In this document: positions 60,885 to 64,000 of the stretch, piece by piece
Numbering within the stretch: the stretch's first letter is position 1
How the letters are laid out: every line of letters begins with the position of its first letter
DNA from: Eukaryota sp. TZLM1-RC
Taxonomy: Eukaryota; Protista; Metamonada: BaSk clade
Assembly: GCA_040285825.1 (NCBI GenBank)
Contig: JAUPSS010000001.1
Coordinates: forward strand, 1,984,001 to 2,048,000
Reading direction: 5' to 3'
DNA: 64,000 nt
The notes under the pieces: generated by a model
Database searches by the model: none
What the model was told of the DNA's origin: nothing
Seen by the model: only the letters and a program-made list of their open reading frames with translations
Made by a program: the position numbers and the translations under genes

Positions 60885-61097
60885 TTGTAAAGAGATGAAC
60901 TAACAAAAATTTCAACAGATTGTTATGGCAAAATAGAATTGTGTTTTCTATTTTTGAGGGGATGTTGAAGATGGTTTCTGATGCTTCGCTTTCACTTGAA
61001 TCTCACTATGAAAAAGTTGCAGCTAGTGTTTTTGTTTTGGGAGAGATAGATTATTTAGATGTTGATTTTTAGGTTTTTTATAAAAAAACAAAAAAAA
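60885..61097 (+). mobile_element. Family A 3'-end fragment
   Basis: Reverse complement of ~6000-6205; A-rich tail. Confidence 0.8.
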
Positions 61098-61529
61098 CTC
61101 AGAAGTCTTCTTTATTGGACAAGACAACCAAAAAAGATGCTGTATCAATTGCTTTCAGCAATAAATGTGATATAGACTACCATTATGTTATTGTGAATCT
61201 GCACTATATTGTCATCCAAATATCTAAATCAATTGTTGAAAATTGTTGGCATGAATCTCTTACAAAACCTAATGAAAGCATTCCCTGATTTCACGTACAA
61301 TTGGGAAATCAACACAGACACTGTATTGCACTGCTACCTTGGTATGTACTTGGTATGATGAGCATGGTTCAATTATTCTGAATAATTGATTTTCTGTTTT
61401 ATTGAACTAAACACTTGATGGAATAAACTCATCACTGATATGACCAAATTCTATGAAACAAAATTCCCTCTACACATTCCTTTTATACAATTCCATTTTC
61501 ATTTTTGAATTTTACCAAAGGTTAAATAC

Positions 61530-62662
61530 ATAAAGAATATGAAAACATGAAGTACACAACTAAAACTCCACATCCTGAAAACCTGCCTCCTCTACTTCAA
61601 AACAATTATTTGCTACAGGTTCAGAAAATTTCCCAAAAGAAGAGAGTGTTTGAAATTAGTTTAACCATTGCCTTCAAAATAGAAAATACAATCCTGTTTT
61701 GCCAGTAAAAACGATTGAAAATTCTTTCAGTTCTTTTCTTTACAACTACATCAAAGTTCTCCAGGAAAGCCATAGCAGCCTTACCTAGAGATCCAAGCAA
61801 AGAAAAAACAAAGGGACATAAATTTTATTGGACATGAGAATTTTCATTAACTGAGGAAATGGGTTTCGCATATTTAGCAATTTTATATTTTTTGCCAGCT
61901 AGAAGAAGATTATTTACCTCTGAGTTAATGAATTGATCAGTAGAAAAATTACAAGGGTCAATAGACATAACATCTGAACCTTTGTCCAAATTGGCCAGTC
62001 AACAGCATGCAAAATACAATGTGTATCCATTTGTATTTTCTCTTTTTGGTTCACTTGCTCCAACGGCTATACGTTTTTTGGCAGATTTTGAAATGATTGT
62101 AAAGAGAAGAACTAACAAAAAATTGAACAGATTGTTGTTTCAAAATAGAATTGTGTTTTCTATCTTTAAGGGGATGTTGAAGATGGTTTCTGATGCTTTA
62201 CTTTCTCTTGAACCTCACTATGAGAGAGTTGCACCTAGTGTTTTTGTTTTGGGAGAGATGGATTATTTAGATGTTGATTTATAGGTTTTTAGTGAAATTA
62301 ATAATACAAACATAAGGAATCTACTCTATATGACTTACACGTTACATAAATTTGTTTCTCTGACATTATTATTCACTTTTTACTTACTTCTGAATGTAAT
62401 AAAACGTTTACAGTTCAAAAGATGAGTAAACAAAAGAGGTTTACCACATTTACATGTTAAATGATAGGGCAAATTGTTTGGCCATAAAATACAACGAAAA
62501 GGCATGTTGAAAAGCCATTCATTGTTTTTTAACAAAAGTCCATAAATAGAGGGAATTTGCGTAACTAAAAGCAGCAGAACTATCACAAATGTCCTTTAAA
62601 AAATTACCGAAAGCGGGATTTTCAGTTTTGGCCAAGCCAAGTCTTACTTCATAATCCAAGCT
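61530..62662 (-). mobile_element. Degenerate family B copy interrupted by a + strand family A 3' fragment (61976-62300)
   Basis: 61545-61975 and 62310-62662 match 3905-4820 in reverse; the middle part encodes ...GEMDYLDVDL*. Confidence 0.8.
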
Positions 62663-63127
62663 TAAAAGCTACACAATCCTGATTGATATTCTGATATCTA
62701 TTTTTGGAACAATAATAAGTTGCTTTGAATTTGTTGTAAAGAAATCATTCGTTATTCAGCTAATGTTTCGAATAAGAAAGGATGATCACAATGATCGGTT
62801 GTTTACAAGACTTTTGTTATTGTAATGTGAGAAAAAAAAGGCATCGAAAATTTTTTCCCTAATTGGAAATACAAATAAAGTGAAACATAATAAAAACAAA
62901 CACCATTGTGTTTAGTTCTTGTTTTTACAAAATGTGAAATATTTTGCTTGGAAAAAATAATTTATTAATTAATTATTCAAACGGTTCATTTAGCAAGTGG
63001 TTCATGTTCAAAAGATAAAAAGATCTGCTTTTAACAAGATTTCACTAACAACGTCACACAAATTAATTAAAGACTACTTTATACCTGAAAATATTGGAAA
63101 TGAACAACAACTTTAAAAAAACCAATA

Positions 63128-64000
63128 TTAACGCCTCTGTTTTTCTAAAATTTTTGAAACCATCAGTAAATCATTTTTGGCAGGAGATTCGGGCATTTCC
63201 TCTAAATCATAATAAAGCGGCGCCAACTCTAACAACCACCGTGGATCTATGCTACTTGCCGTTCGAATAAATTGCTTTGAAGTTCTCATAAATTCATGAA
63301 AAACAACCCACTTTGTATCCCCAGACAGACAAGACGAAGGATGAATAGTGACTTCTTGGTTATCCTTTATAGTTAAATAATGACCCTTCTTGTACATATG
63401 GGCGACTTGTGAAAAAAACCCTCCAGCCAAAGCCTTGCGGACATTGAAATGATACTCCGGTGAATCAGGCTGGTGTGATTCAAGAGAAAGATCTAGACGC
63501 TGACATAGGTTTTCTAATTGTGCACGGATCTTATCAGCATTGCGTAACGATCTAATAGACACAAAATTCCTAACAGCCCAATCAGGAGAATCTAGGTTCT
63601 TCAGATACGCATGGTAAATATTCAAGAGAGTTAAATGATCACCATCTTCATGAAGGAACTGTTCATGTGCTTGATCAGCATCCTTTTTCTTATCAGAGGG
63701 ACGAACCAGAATTGGGGGAACAGAGAGGAGTGCGGCAATCGTGATAGCAGCTTCTCCACAAAAAAGGTCATATTTGGGGTCACAGGCAAGAATAATCATT
63801 TTTGATAATTGTGGATCCAAAGGCATAGCAGCGAGCTTGTCTCCAATTGAGGTAAGCTTGCAATTGTCGTCAATGGCTTCCAAGTACAAGAGTAATTCAA
63901 GCGCTCGCATCAAGGACTCGGGAGCAGGAGGATCTGGCCAGTCAAAATGAACTAGGTCAGAGATGCCGAGACGCAGCATTTGGAGAGTGACTGCGGTGAT
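63128..64000 (-). CDS. PRP43: DEAH-box helicase Prp43/DHX15, C-terminal part (5' end outside the window)
   Basis: DLVHFD..DPPAPESLMRALELL, PLDPQLSK, DGDHLTLLN.Y, YLTIKDNQ.V.IHPS, WLLELAP.YYDL. Confidence 0.9.
   Translation of the reverse strand: MTAVTLQMLRLGISDLVHFDWPDPPAPESLMRALELLLYLEAIDDNCKLTSIGDKLAAMPLDPQLSKMIILACDPKYDLFCGEAAITIAALLSVPPILVRPSDKKKDADQAHEQFLHEDGDHLTLLNIYHAYLKNLDSPDWAVRNFVSIRSLRNADKIRAQLENLCQRLDLSLESHQPDSPEYHFNVRKALAGGFFSQVAHMYKKGHYLTIKDNQEVTIHPSSCLSGDTKWVVFHEFMRTSKQFIRTASSIDPRWLLELAPLYYDLEEMPESPAKNDLLMVSKILEKQRR

Overview
AT-rich, gene-dense DNA from a eukaryote, probably a flagellated protist (CFAP53, spliceosomal Prp43, tiny GT-AG introns of 28-35 nt, TTAGGG tracts). About 20 host genes (cornichon, LRR protein, BIN4-like, Yak1-type kinase, COMMD2-like, CFAP53, GRP94, TFIIIC subunit, UBX protein, NOP58, ABCE1, a saposin-like gene missed by the ORF track, ThrE, Prp43, tRNA-Asp) are interleaved with many mobile elements. 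These comprise: (i) at least five families (called A-E here) of single-ORF, CRE-like non-LTR retrotransposons with a restriction-like endonuclease (RLE), leaving 10-11 bp target-site duplications (TSDs) with no shared target sequence, including a four-level nest inside a TA-flanked MITE at 35.1-41.8 kb; (ii) a young Ty3/gypsy element with identical 154-bp LTRs, whose coding region starts in one LTR and stops in the other; (iii) three Fanzor/TnpB-like remnants. One remnant is followed directly by a ~120-nt highly structured sequence that is a candidate omegaRNA and ends about 20 nt before the NOP58 start codon. Many frameshifts fall in homopolymers and may be assembly errors. All calls come from reading motifs by eye; no searches were run.
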